NCBI GenBank assembly: GCA_964446205.1
Contig: CAYUNZ010000002.1
Span: 1 to 48,693, forward strand
DNA: 48,693 nt
Reading direction: 5' to 3'
Origin: an uncultured Desulfohalobiaceae bacterium
GTDB taxonomy: Bacteria > Desulfobacterota > Desulfovibrionia > Desulfovibrionales > Desulfothermaceae
Made by a program: the position numbers and the translations under genes. Each line of letters begins with the position of its first letter. Within the stretch, counting starts at the first letter, position 1. The notes under the pieces are model-generated. The model had not been told where the DNA came from. It saw nothing but the letters and a program-made list of their open reading frames with translations, and made no database searches. Positions 1 through 8,441 of the stretch are shown in pieces.

Positions 1-100
1 TTTTGCAGACTGACGCAGCCAAACGGAAAAAGGGCAGTTTCCGGATGAAAACTAAGGAGTATTGTCTATCTGAAAACATCGAGAAGAAAAGGAGCAACTT

Positions 101-571
101 ATGATCGATGTCAATATCCCCGGGTTCAATCACCTCCAGCTCGAAGACCTGGTCATGGACTATAATGGTACCCTAGCTGTGGATGGCAACCTGGAAAACA
201 ATGTTCGGGAAGAACTGCAGAGAGTATCTAAGGATTTGAGAATACATATTATCACAGCTGATACCTTTGGCAAGGTCCATGCAGGTTTTGAAGATGATCC
301 CTATGTAATAACCGTTCTTCAGCAAGAAGATCAGGCCATTGGTAAGCTAAAATATATCGAGCAGTTGGGGACTGAGCAATGTGTTTGCATGGGAAACGGA
401 CGGAATGATAGATATATGCTTGAACAATCAGCTCTGGGTATTGCGGTCATGCTTGAGGAGGGCACGGCTAGAGAGGCCATCCTCTCGTCTGATCTACTTA
501 TGCCGGGAATCCTGCCAGCCTTACAGCTCTTAACCAATTCCCTCAGGCTGATGGCCACTTTACGTTCTTAG
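101..571 (+). CDS. HAD-superfamily hydrolase (small soluble P-type-ATPase-like, COG4087-type)
   Basis: 156-aa ORF with an AAGGAG RBS at 89-94. Carries HAD-like motifs MDYNGT (motif I variant), ITADT and GNGRND (motif IV). Confidence 0.6.
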   Translation: MIDVNIPGFNHLQLEDLVMDYNGTLAVDGNLENNVREELQRVSKDLRIHIITADTFGKVHAGFEDDPYVITVLQQEDQAIGKLKYIEQLGTEQCVCMGNGRNDRYMLEQSALGIAVMLEEGTAREAILSSDLLMPGILPALQLLTNSLRLMATLRS

Positions 572-690
572 AGGTTTTGGCTGTAAGTCTAAGAGAGAGC
601 ATGCAAAGGATGTAAACCGGTTACCGTTAGAAAGGTTTTTAGCAGGTCTTGGTCCAAGGATGATGTAAGCGAAGTATAAATTTTGCCGCT

Positions 691-1539
691 CTAGAGACAG
701 AGAAAAACTGAATTTCCTTCGGGTTGGTTGATCAATTCGGAAATTACCTGACACTTTACCTTGAAGGCATAGTAGATAGGGCTTTGTTCTTGCAAAAGGG
801 CTTCTAGGTTGCCCTGGCCTTTACTGATGACTACCGGGGTTTGGCTGAATTCTTCCAAAAAATCTGATGAGCAACGCTTAAGTACCGTACCGGCAGTATC
901 GACCCCTGAGGAGATGACCCTACACTTGTCTATCAATTTGACAAAACAGGCGTCTTCCATAGTTGCATCATTGATAATCGGTTTTTCCCGAACTACATAG
1001 ATAACTTGGCAATCAAGCTTTTGAAGTTCTTCTACTAAAAGGGTGTCTAAGGCGATTTCCCCGGCATTGTCACCCAGGATCATAACCTTTTTAAAAGAGG
1101 AAATCTCCTTTAAAAATCGCTCATAAGTAGCCATGTCCAATTGCCGATGTTCGGTCTGGAGCTTATCTTGCCAGTGGAAATCCTTGCCTACGCCACTATC
1201 TATATAATTACCGATAATGGATATTTCCAAGGCGGCCAAAAGGGGGTCTTTGGATTGACTAATAATAGTCCTCAAGGTAGGCAAGAGATTTAAGGCCTTT
1301 ATATTGGATTCATTTTTTTCTTTAGCAAAAGGATCCGGGTTGTCAATGAGTTTACCCAGAATTGTATAAAGGTCGCCCACCAGCAGGGGAGGAGGAAGAG
1401 TCAGATCAGAGTCAGCCAATCTCTTAGACCATGATTGGACAACTTGTCTATGGAGATCTTTATCTTCTGGTTTGGCTAGGCGAGCTGCATAAAGGCCTTG
1501 CCGCAAGAAACAGGGTAGACAGTCTAGCTGTGTTTCCAT
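691..1539 (-). CDS. DUF89/ARMT1-like damage-control phosphatase family protein
   Basis: 282-aa ORF. Has the N-terminal CLPCFLRQ motif, the GDNAGE metal-binding motif and SKGQGNLEAL, all typical of DUF89 proteins. Confidence 0.6.
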   Translation of the reverse strand: METQLDCLPCFLRQGLYAARLAKPEDKDLHRQVVQSWSKRLADSDLTLPPPLLVGDLYTILGKLIDNPDPFAKEKNESNIKALNLLPTLRTIISQSKDPLLAALEISIIGNYIDSGVGKDFHWQDKLQTEHRQLDMATYERFLKEISSFKKVMILGDNAGEIALDTLLVEELQKLDCQVIYVVREKPIINDATMEDACFVKLIDKCRVISSGVDTAGTVLKRCSSDFLEEFSQTPVVISKGQGNLEALLQEQSPIYYAFKVKCQVISELINQPEGNSVFLCL

Positions 1540-1606
1540 AATTTACTACCTTTTTCGTTTAAGTTCAGGGGCAATGATTTTATCCAGGAACACTTATCAA
1601 TTAGTT

Positions 1607-1790
1607 AACATGAAAAGAATGTCGACCGTGAACCGTTGACCCAGTTAAAAAGAGATTTAACCGGGTAAACCGTGGACCGAAGAACTGAGAGTAAAGGGAT
1701 AATTTCTTAATTTCTTCATCTTTCGGTTCACAGTTCACGGTTCTCGGTTCACGTCTTCTTTCACGCTTCGTTATGCCCGCTAGGGCATGG
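1607..1790 (+). repeat. Heptamer-array intergenic repeat, copy A (full length, forward)
   Basis: Left end is AACATGAAAAGAATG followed by GTCGACC GTGAACC GTTGACC (1621-1641). Core is AAAAAGAGATTTAACCGGGTAAACCGTGGACCGAAG. Right array is GGTTCAC AGTTCAC GGTTCTC GGTTCAC (1725-1752). Tail is CTTCTTTCACGCTTCGTTATGCCCGCTAGGGCAT. About 90% identical to copy B over the left half. Confidence 0.85.
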
Positions 1791-1800
1791 TGATTAATAT

Positions 1801-3192
1801 ATGAACAACGAGTCTTTTTACGATGTTATAATTGTTGGCGGCGGTCCGGCCGGTCTATTTGCTGCCTATTATCTGGCCACATATTCAAGCCTAAAGATCC
1901 TTTTAATTGATCAAGGACAGGCTATTGATAAGCGAAGCTGTCCGATATCCAATAATCAGAAATGCCTTCATTGTAAACCATGTCAAATTTTGTCCGGTAT
2001 CGGAGGAGCAGGTCTGTTTTCTGATGGGAAACTCAACTTTATTCAGAAACTGGGTAAGACTGATCTGACGCAATTTTTATCAGCTCAGGCAGCCTTGGAG
2101 CTTATAATAGAAACAGAGGATATCTTTAAATCTTTTGCTATGGACGGGCAGGTATATCCGACAGACTGGCAAAGGGCCAAACTATTTAGGAAAGAGGCCC
2201 GAAGAGAAGGGATTGAGCTCTTATTGATCCGGCAAAAACATTTGGGGAGTGATTGTCTGCCAGGATATATATCTGATTTAGTTTCTTATATCCAAAAAAG
2301 TGTTGTGATCCAGACTGCAGTTGAGATCAAAGATATTGTTGTCCAGGACAATCAGATCCAGGGGGTTGTGGCTGAGGATAACGTTTATAAGGCTCCCCGG
2401 GTCATTCTGGCTCCAGGCCGGGTTGGTGCAAATTGGTTAACCTGTTTGGCTGATCAATACAAGCTTGGCAAAAGGCAGCGTGGTATTGAGGTGGGGATAA
2501 GGGTGGAAGTCCATAATGACATTATGGAAGATTTGACAGATATAATATATGATCCTACGTTTTTTATCCAGACCGGCAAGTATGATGATCAGACCAGAAC
2601 ATTTTGCACCAACAGGGGTGGTTTCGTTTCTTTGGAGAACTATCAGGATTTTGTCTGTGTTAACGGCCATGCCTATCATCAAAGGAAATCGGATAATACC
2701 AATTTTGCTTTCTTGTCCAAGGTTGAGCTTACCGAACCTGTGACTGATAACCAAGCCTATGGGGTCTCAATTGGCAGACTGGCCTCTCTGATCGGCGGGG
2801 GTAAACCCTTATTACAGAGATTCGGTGATCTGAAAAGGGGACGTCGAAGTACATGGCACCGGGTCAACAAGGGCTACCTTGAGCCGACAATGACCAGGGT
2901 TATTTGTGGTGACATTGCCATGGCCTTGCCGGAAAGGATCTTGACCAATATAGTCGAAGGATTGGAAAAGCTAAATCAGGTTATTCCCGGTGTAGCTAAT
3001 GACGAAACCTTGCTCTATGCTCCGGAAATAAAATTCTTTGCTTCTCAAATCGAAACAGACACCTCATTACAGACCTCGATTGGTGGATTATATGTAGCTG
3101 GTGACGGTGCCGGAGTTGCCGGGAATATTGTTTCAGCAGCTGCTACCGGCCTTATACCGGCCAAAGCAATTATTAAAGAACGTGAACCGTGA
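1801..3192 (+). CDS. FAD-dependent oxidoreductase (uncharacterised NAD(FAD)-utilising dehydrogenase, COG2509-like)
   Basis: 463-aa ORF with the N-terminal dinucleotide-binding motif VIIVGGGPAGLFAA and a C-terminal GLYVAGDGAG motif. The last 5 codons and the TGA stop lie inside repeat copy B. Confidence 0.7.
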   Translation: MNNESFYDVIIVGGGPAGLFAAYYLATYSSLKILLIDQGQAIDKRSCPISNNQKCLHCKPCQILSGIGGAGLFSDGKLNFIQKLGKTDLTQFLSAQAALELIIETEDIFKSFAMDGQVYPTDWQRAKLFRKEARREGIELLLIRQKHLGSDCLPGYISDLVSYIQKSVVIQTAVEIKDIVVQDNQIQGVVAEDNVYKAPRVILAPGRVGANWLTCLADQYKLGKRQRGIEVGIRVEVHNDIMEDLTDIIYDPTFFIQTGKYDDQTRTFCTNRGGFVSLENYQDFVCVNGHAYHQRKSDNTNFAFLSKVELTEPVTDNQAYGVSIGRLASLIGGGKPLLQRFGDLKRGRRSTWHRVNKGYLEPTMTRVICGDIAMALPERILTNIVEGLEKLNQVIPGVANDETLLYAPEIKFFASQIETDTSLQTSIGGLYVAGDGAGVAGNIVSAAATGLIPAKAIIKEREP

Positions 3193-3351
3193 ACCGTTGA
3201 CCCAGTTAAATAAAAAGAGATTTAACCGGGTAAACCGTGGACCGAAAAAATAAGAATGAAGGAATCATTTCTTAATTTCTTCATCTTGCGGTTAACGGTC
3301 GACGGTGAACGGTCAACATTTTCATGCTTCGTTGTACTCGGCTAGGGTCAT
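3178..3351 (+). repeat. Heptamer-array intergenic repeat, copy B (full length, forward)
   Basis: Left array GTGAACC GTGAACC GTTGACC (3182-3202), same core as copy A, right array GGTTAAC GGTCGAC GGTGAAC GGTCAAC (3290-3317), tail ATTTTCATGCTTCGTTGTACTCGGCTAGGGTCAT. Confidence 0.85.
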
Positions 3352-3422
3352 TTGGTTGATGTGAAAAAGTGTTCACTAGTAAACAGAAAACGATCAACAT
3401 TTTTTATAAAAGGAGGTTATTG

Positions 3423-3698
3423 ATGGTCAATAGCTTGCATTGCCTCATTTCTGGGAAGGTACAAGGCGTTAACTTTCGATCCTGGACCAAAAGTCAAGCC
3501 GATAATTTGGGACTAAAAGGATGGGTACGAAATCTAGATGACGGCAGGGTTGAAGTCGTTGCTCAAGGCCAAGAAGAGAAATTAGAGACCCTAAAAGGTA
3601 GGTTAGCCCAAGGTTCGGCCTTTAGTCGCGTGGAAGACATACAATGTCAATGGCTGGATTATGAGAAAGAATATACTGGTTTTGAACTCAGATTATAA
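3423..3698 (+). CDS. acyP: Acylphosphatase
   Basis: ATG at 3423 is preceded by an AAGGAGG RBS. Has the hallmark motifs SGKVQGVNFR and GWVRNLDDGRVEV. The ~91-aa size is typical. The ORF-track start at 3369 is probably too far upstream. Confidence 0.85.
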   Translation: MVNSLHCLISGKVQGVNFRSWTKSQADNLGLKGWVRNLDDGRVEVVAQGQEEKLETLKGRLAQGSAFSRVEDIQCQWLDYEKEYTGFELRL

Positions 3699-3707
3699 CA
3701 AATCAAG

Positions 3708-3732
3708 TGCCTGCAAATCTATCTTGCAGGTA
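3708..3732. terminator. Hairpin between convergent acyP and dnaA (possible bidirectional terminator)
   Basis: CCTGCAA (3710-3716) and TTGCAGG (3724-3730) form a perfect 7-bp stem with a 7-nt loop, extendable by 2 bp. The flanking T/A runs are weak. Confidence 0.4.
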
Positions 3733-3738
3733 ATTGAT

Positions 3739-5082
3739 TTATGGTCTTGATTCGACTGCTTCGACAACTCGAGTTAGTTGTCTTCCGGTTTGGCTTTCTT
3801 GAACTATTTCTCTTTCTATATTGGTTATTCCTTTCAAGACGGTCGAATGACGACGATTTAGGTATTGACCTATATTTTTTAGAGATAGATCAGTGTGTTT
3901 TCTAGCCAAATAGAAGGCCGTATTCCTAGCCATGACTAGCTGTTTCTTTCTGGACTTGGACCTCAATTTCTCGAAAGAGATCTCAAAGGTCTTACAGATA
4001 CTCTGAACAATCTGATCTATATCCAGGGTTTCCTGGTTCTGGGTATAGTTTTGCAGGACCTCTTGGGCAAGATCATGAGAAACCTTTTCCTGGAGCATTT
4101 GTGACTTTAAGGCAATATTTTGGATACAACTCTCTATTTGACGGATATCAGAAGTTATTTTTCTGGCTATCAAATCCTCAACATGGGAAGTCAGATTTAG
4201 ATTGTACTGCCTGGCTTTCTTTTGGATGAGTAAAAACCGGAAATCATAATCAGGTTTGTCAATAGGGGCTAAAACCCCGGAACAAAAATACGAGGTCAGT
4301 TTTTGGTCAATTTTGCTCAACTCTTTTGGCAAAAAAGAACTGGAGAAGACAAATTTATTACCTTTGGCCTCAAGGGATTTGATAATTGAAAGTAGTTCCT
4401 CCTGCATTTTTTCTTTGCCCTGAAAAAAATGGATGTCTTCCAATAGTAATAGGTCGATATTGTCTCTATATTGACTTTTGAACTCCTCTACTTTTTTTGA
4501 TTTGATAGCTCTGACTAACTGGTTGGCAAATTGTTCCGAGGATACATACATTACCTTGAGTGGCTCCTGGTTGCAATTTTTGTAGAAGAAATGCCCCATA
4601 GCCTGAAGTAAATGTGTTTTACCAAGACCTGGTCCTGAACAGATAAAGATATGATCTGCTGGAAAGTTCATATTACACATACTTGAACAGGCGGTATATG
4701 CTAGCCTGTTAGAATTCCCAACGACAAAATCCTCAAATGCGTATCTCCAGGTCTTTTTCTTGAATTGATAGCTATAGTCTATAGGTAAAGACAGTCTTTG
4801 TTCCTGCTTTGCCTTGGGTGTATTCTCCTGGGAGTTATTTTGAGAATGGCCATTTCCAGATATGTACAAAGTGGGTACATACCCAAGTTGATGGGCTGCT
4901 TCTTCTTTTATTGTTTCAGAGAGCCTCTCTCTTACCCATGAGGCCACAAACTCGCTTGGGGCTTTAAGGTTCAAGGAATTATCCTGCACTTCTCCTTGCA
5001 GGGGTTTTATCCATACCTTAAAGATTCCAGATTTTAGAGATTTTTCCAGATTTGATTGAATTTTTTCCCATGTTCCTTTCAT
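3739..5082 (-). CDS. dnaA: Chromosomal replication initiator protein DnaA
   Basis: 447 aa. Has the Walker A motif GPGLGKTHL, the AAA+ core, and a C-terminal DnaA-box-binding region (MARNTAFYLARKHTDLSLKNIGQYLNRRHSTVLKG). Confidence 0.95.
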   Translation of the reverse strand: MKGTWEKIQSNLEKSLKSGIFKVWIKPLQGEVQDNSLNLKAPSEFVASWVRERLSETIKEEAAHQLGYVPTLYISGNGHSQNNSQENTPKAKQEQRLSLPIDYSYQFKKKTWRYAFEDFVVGNSNRLAYTACSSMCNMNFPADHIFICSGPGLGKTHLLQAMGHFFYKNCNQEPLKVMYVSSEQFANQLVRAIKSKKVEEFKSQYRDNIDLLLLEDIHFFQGKEKMQEELLSIIKSLEAKGNKFVFSSSFLPKELSKIDQKLTSYFCSGVLAPIDKPDYDFRFLLIQKKARQYNLNLTSHVEDLIARKITSDIRQIESCIQNIALKSQMLQEKVSHDLAQEVLQNYTQNQETLDIDQIVQSICKTFEISFEKLRSKSRKKQLVMARNTAFYLARKHTDLSLKNIGQYLNRRHSTVLKGITNIEREIVQESQTGRQLTRVVEAVESRP

Positions 5083-5159
5083 ATGGAATGGACAATATAC
5101 CCTTTACTTTTTTGGGACAATAAATGATTTAGGCCAAAATAGATAAGAAATTAGCAAGG

Positions 5160-5560
5160 TAGTTTTATTATATAACTATTTATAATAATTACACTTCAAT
5201 GTTTTAAAGCCAGTATCACTGGTTTATTTTAATTGTAGACATATCCTTAAGGCATACTGTTTTAGACCTATTATCAACAGATTTATTCACATAAAAACTA
5301 TAATTTTCCACAGGAAAAAGTTTAATTTGCGCTATATTTCTAAAAATTTTTATATATTTTGAAATTATTGATATATATCAAAGTATTAACTTATACATTT
5401 TTTTCAATTTTATGACATGTTATCGACAACTATATTAAGGTATTTACTTTTAACAAGTATTTTAGTTATTTATATGGCAATCACCTTTGTTTTAGGAGAC
5501 AACTGTACAAAGTCAAAAATCAAGAATCTAGATTGAGCACTTCTAACCTGATTTACTGAT
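5160..5560. other. Candidate oriC: DnaA-box cluster plus AT-rich unwinding region upstream of dnaA
   Basis: TTATTCACA (5283-5291) matches TTATNCACA exactly. One-mismatch boxes are TTATCAACA (5271-5279), TTTTCCACA (5304-5312) and TTATCGACA (5420-5428). The stretch 5330-5410 is extremely AT-rich. Confidence 0.5.
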
Positions 5561-5854
5561 ATTTTTGGTTGTTAATAGTTAGTTTCTATCCAAAAAACTG
5601 TTTTTTTTTCCGTTTGACTGGGTCAATGTGGGTAAAAACCCCTTTAATCTCTTGTTCTAACTCTTTGATTTTAAATCTCATTTCTTTTATGGTTTCTATT
5701 CTTTGTGTATACAATAATAACTCTTTGCGGTTGCATCTTGTATGTTTGATGGGGTCAAGGAGTAAGGTCAAAAAATTTGAGGTCAAACTTTGACATTACT
5801 ATGGGTTTTACATTATAGACATGGTCAAAACATTGAGTGATTATACCTCAAGGT

Positions 5855-6027
5855 TGGCATGAAAAAAGCTGTGAGCATGAAAAGGGTGTGAATCGAGAAC
5901 CGTGAAATGTGAACCGTAAGACGAAGATGTTAAGAAATAAATCCTTGATTCTTATTTCTTCGGTCAACGGTTTACCCGGTTAAATCTCTTTTTATTGAAC
6001 TGGGTCAACGGTTCACGGTCAACGTTT
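5855..6027 (-). repeat. Heptamer-array intergenic repeat, copy C (full length, inverted orientation)
   Basis: The reverse complement aligns with copies A and B, including the core AAAAAGAGATTTAACCGGGTAAACCGTTGACCGAAG. Arrays are GTGAATC GAGAACC GTGAAAT GTGAACC (5888-5915) and GGTCAAC GGTTCAC GGTCAAC (6003-6023). The GCATGAAAA end motif is duplicated at 5857-5886. Confidence 0.8.
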
Positions 6028-6041
6028 TTTTAGTACAAACA

Positions 6042-6077
6042 CATATGTTCTAGTAGGTACAACGAAGGATGAAAGAA
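6042..6077 (-). repeat. Solo tail module of the heptamer-array repeat
   Basis: The reverse complement TTCTTTCATCCTTCGTTGTACCTACTAGAACATATG matches the tails of copies A and B (TTTCATGCTTCGTTGTACTCGGCTAGGGTCAT). No adjacent array belongs to it. Confidence 0.6.
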
Positions 6078-6156
6078 TATAATATGCATTAGCTAAGCTA
6101 AATCTTCTATTCCAGCATTTCATGCAGTTTATTTCATGTCTTACAGATTTCTTAAA

Positions 6157-6262
6157 CCCTGACCGTTCACCGTAGTCTGTTGAGCTTTTATTGAAGGAAT
6201 TTCTTCAGTCTTTTTTCATACGGTTCACTGTCCACGGATAACGGTTCACGTTCTTTATACTG
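6157..6262 (+). repeat. Heptamer-array intergenic repeat, copy D (short, diverged, forward)
   Basis: Left units CCTGACC GTTCACC GTAGTCT (6158-6178). Right array GGTTCAC TGTCCAC GGATAAC GGTTCAC (6222-6249), followed by GTTCTTTATAC. Lacks the conserved A/B/C core. Confidence 0.65.
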
Positions 6263-6310
6263 GCTGTTTATTGTTATTTAAAAAAACAATTAAAAAAGGA
6301 GTGAACGAGA

Positions 6311-8074
6311 ATGGCATACGATGTATCGAAGATGAAAGATTGGCAAATTTCCGAGGCTGCAGAAGAGAATATGCCTTCGCCTGAAGCCTGGCGGGATAAG
6401 CTTGGACTGGAAAAAGAAGAGATGAATATCATGGGCAGGCTGTCCAAGCTCGATTTTCTGAATATCATGAACAGGCTTCAGGATAGACCAGATGGCAAGT
6501 ATATTGAAGTTACAGCCATTACCCCGACTCCTCTTGGAGAAGGCAAGAGCACAACATCGGTTGGTCTGATGGAAGGTCTGGGCAAGAGAGGTAAAAATGT
6601 CGGGGGAGCACTCAGACAACCATCTGGTGGACCGACCATGAATATTAAAGGTTCGGCAGCCGGGGGCGGTAATGCCATCCTCATACCCATGACTGAATTT
6701 TCATTGGGTCTAACTGGCGACATAAACGACATTATGAATGCCCATAATATGGCTATGGTTGCTCTAACATCCCGTATGCAGCATGAACGTAACTATAGTC
6801 CAGAAAAGATAGAAAAACTATCCGGAATTCCAGCCTTAAATATCGATCCCACAAAGGTGGAAATGAACTGGATTATCGATTATTGTGCTCAGGCTCTGCG
6901 CAAAATAGTCATCGGTTTGGGTGGACGAATGAATGGGTACACAATGGAATCAGGTTTTAATATTGCCGTTAGTTCCGAATGCATGGCCATTCTTTCAATA
7001 GCCACCAATTTGGCTGATTTGAGAAAACGTCTAAATGAAATAACTGTTGGCTTCAACAAAGACGGAAAACCTGTAACCACAGGGGACTTGCAAGTCGGCG
7101 GGGCCATGACTGCCTGGATGCGGAATACTATCAACCCGACCTTGATGAGTACGGCCGAATATCAACCGTGCATGGTCCATGCCGGGCCTTTTGCCAATAT
7201 TGCTGTTGGCCAGTCTTCAATTATTGCTGACCGGATTGGTCTGAAGATGTTTGATTATCATGTAACTGAAAGTGGATTTGCTGCTGACATTGGCTTTGAA
7301 AAATTCTGGAACGTCAAATGTCGAAATAGTGGACTCAAGCCCCATGTTTCTGTCTTGACGGCGACAATCAGAGCCCTGAAGATGCATGGCGGAGGACCGA
7401 AAGTAACTCCTGGTCTGGCCTTACCAGAAGAATATACAAAGGAAAATCTGGAGCTTCTGGACAAAGGCATGGAAAATATGATTCATTTGATTAAAGTGAT
7501 CCGAAAATCTGGAATGAACCCTGTTGTCTGTGTTAATTGTTTCCCAACAGATACAGAAGCAGAAATAAACTTGGTCAAAAAACGGGCTGAAGAGGCCGGT
7601 GCTCGATGTGCCAAGTCGACTCACTTTATGGATGGTGGTGACGGAGCCCTGGAACTGGCAGACGCTGTCATTGATGCTTGTGAAGAGGAGTCAAAATTTG
7701 ACTATCTCTATTCCCTTGACAAGAAGTTAAGGGAACGAGTCGATGTCATTGCTCGAGAAGTATATGGTGCTGATGGAGTAGATTGGGCTCCGGAGGCAGA
7801 GAAGAAGGCCAAAATGTTGGAAGATGATCCTAAATACAATGACTATGCAACTATGATGGTCAAGACTCACCTCAGCCTGTCTCATGAGCCCACCTGGAAG
7901 GGAGTGCCCAAGGGATGGAGACTACCTGTTAGGGATGTTTTGATTTATTCCGGTTCCAAGTTCCTATGCCCCATGGCTGGTACTATTCCTTTAATGCCGG
8001 GGACAAGCTCCAATCCTGCCTATACAAAAGTAGATGTAGATACTGAAACCGGAAAGGTTACTGGATTGTTCTAG
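6311..8074 (+). CDS. fhs: Formate-tetrahydrofolate ligase
   Basis: 587 aa with an AAGGAG RBS. Has the diagnostic signature [12 protein letters not shown] and reads as Fhs over its full length. Confidence 0.95.
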   Translation: MAYDVSKMKDWQISEAAEENMPSPEAWRDKLGLEKEEMNIMGRLSKLDFLNIMNRLQDRPDGKYIEVTAITPTPLGEGKSTTSVGLMEGLGKRGKNVGGALRQPSGGPTMNIKGSAAGGGNAILIPMTEFSLGLTGDINDIMNAHNMAMVALTSRMQHERNYSPEKIEKLSGIPALNIDPTKVEMNWIIDYCAQALRKIVIGLGGRMNGYTMESGFNIAVSSECMAILSIATNLADLRKRLNEITVGFNKDGKPVTTGDLQVGGAMTAWMRNTINPTLMSTAEYQPCMVHAGPFANIAVGQSSIIADRIGLKMFDYHVTESGFAADIGFEKFWNVKCRNSGLKPHVSVLTATIRALKMHGGGPKVTPGLALPEEYTKENLELLDKGMENMIHLIKVIRKSGMNPVVCVNCFPTDTEAEINLVKKRAEEAGARCAKSTHFMDGGDGALELADAVIDACEEESKFDYLYSLDKKLRERVDVIAREVYGADGVDWAPEAEKKAKMLEDDPKYNDYATMMVKTHLSLSHEPTWKGVPKGWRLPVRDVLIYSGSKFLCPMAGTIPLMPGTSSNPAYTKVDVDTETGKVTGLF

Positions 8075-8103
8075 TTCTATCCTTGTGTAACTGTACCCTC
8101 CCA

Positions 8104-8136
8104 AGGCCTGCATGTTTTTCATGCAGGCCTTTTTTT
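8104..8136 (+). terminator. Rho-independent terminator of fhs
   Basis: AGGCCTGCAT (8104-8113) pairs with ATGCAGGCCT (8121-8130) in a perfect 10-bp GC-rich stem with a 7-nt loop, followed by TTTTTT (8131-8136). Confidence 0.85.
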
Positions 8137-8166
8137 AAAAATTGCCTATTTATTATAATTTTTGCC

Positions 8167-8195
8167 TTGACATGTAGTCATTATATAACTAGAAT
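8167..8195 (+). promoter_or_regulatory. Candidate sigma70 promoter P1 upstream of the bam-like operon
   Basis: TTGACA (8167-8172), a 17-nt spacer, then TAGAAT (8190-8195). Confidence 0.45.
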
Positions 8196-8285
8196 ATGAC
8201 TAATTTTTAATTTGTTGACTGAAATCATTACTTTTTCAGTGAACTATCAATAGTTTTTATTTTATGTGGACAGAAAAAATATATA

Positions 8286-8314
8286 TTGACATATAGCTAC
8301 ATTGTAACTATCAT
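8286..8314 (+). promoter_or_regulatory. Candidate sigma70 promoter P2 upstream of the bam-like operon
   Basis: TTGACA (8286-8291), a 17-nt spacer, then TATCAT (8309-8314). The -10 element overlaps the palindrome AACTAT-cat-ATAGTT (8306-8320). Confidence 0.45.
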
Positions 8315-8441
8315 ATAGTTGTAGATAATGTTTGTAGTTAGTGTTGAGGCAAGGATTTGATCTTTTCGAGATAAGCAGGCTGACTATACTTGCCTATATG
8401 GTATAACTATATAGAGTACAAATAGATAAAAGGGGTAAAAA

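Noticed and set aside
1621-1752. Tandem short repeats that could be mistaken for a CRISPR array or a VNTR
   Set aside because: The units are only 7 bp and directly abutting with no spacers, at 3-4 units per array. The arrays occur as inverted pairs within a ~175-bp dispersed element. No cas genes are present.
1603-1796. TTAA target-site duplication flanking repeat copy A (TTAA at 1605-1608 and 1793-1796)
   Set aside because: The other copies (B, D, E, F) do not show matching TTAA or any consistent duplication at both ends. In ~40% G+C DNA, TTAA is expected by chance.
5569-5793. Overlapping small ORFs (74 aa on plus, 66 aa on minus) between oriC and repeat copy C
   Set aside because: The plus ORF translates to low-complexity hydrophobic sequence. 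The minus ORF looks coiled-coil-like, but it needs a TTG start and has no RBS, and I found no convincing promoter. Support is insufficient to call a gene. Transcript data might revive it.
5855-5869. Sigma54-like -24/-12 element TGGCATGAAAAAAGC
   Set aside because: The GG/GC spacing fits, but the -12 region is AAGC rather than TTGC. No gene starts within about 450 nt downstream, and the motif is simply the duplicated GCATGAAAA terminus of the repeat family.
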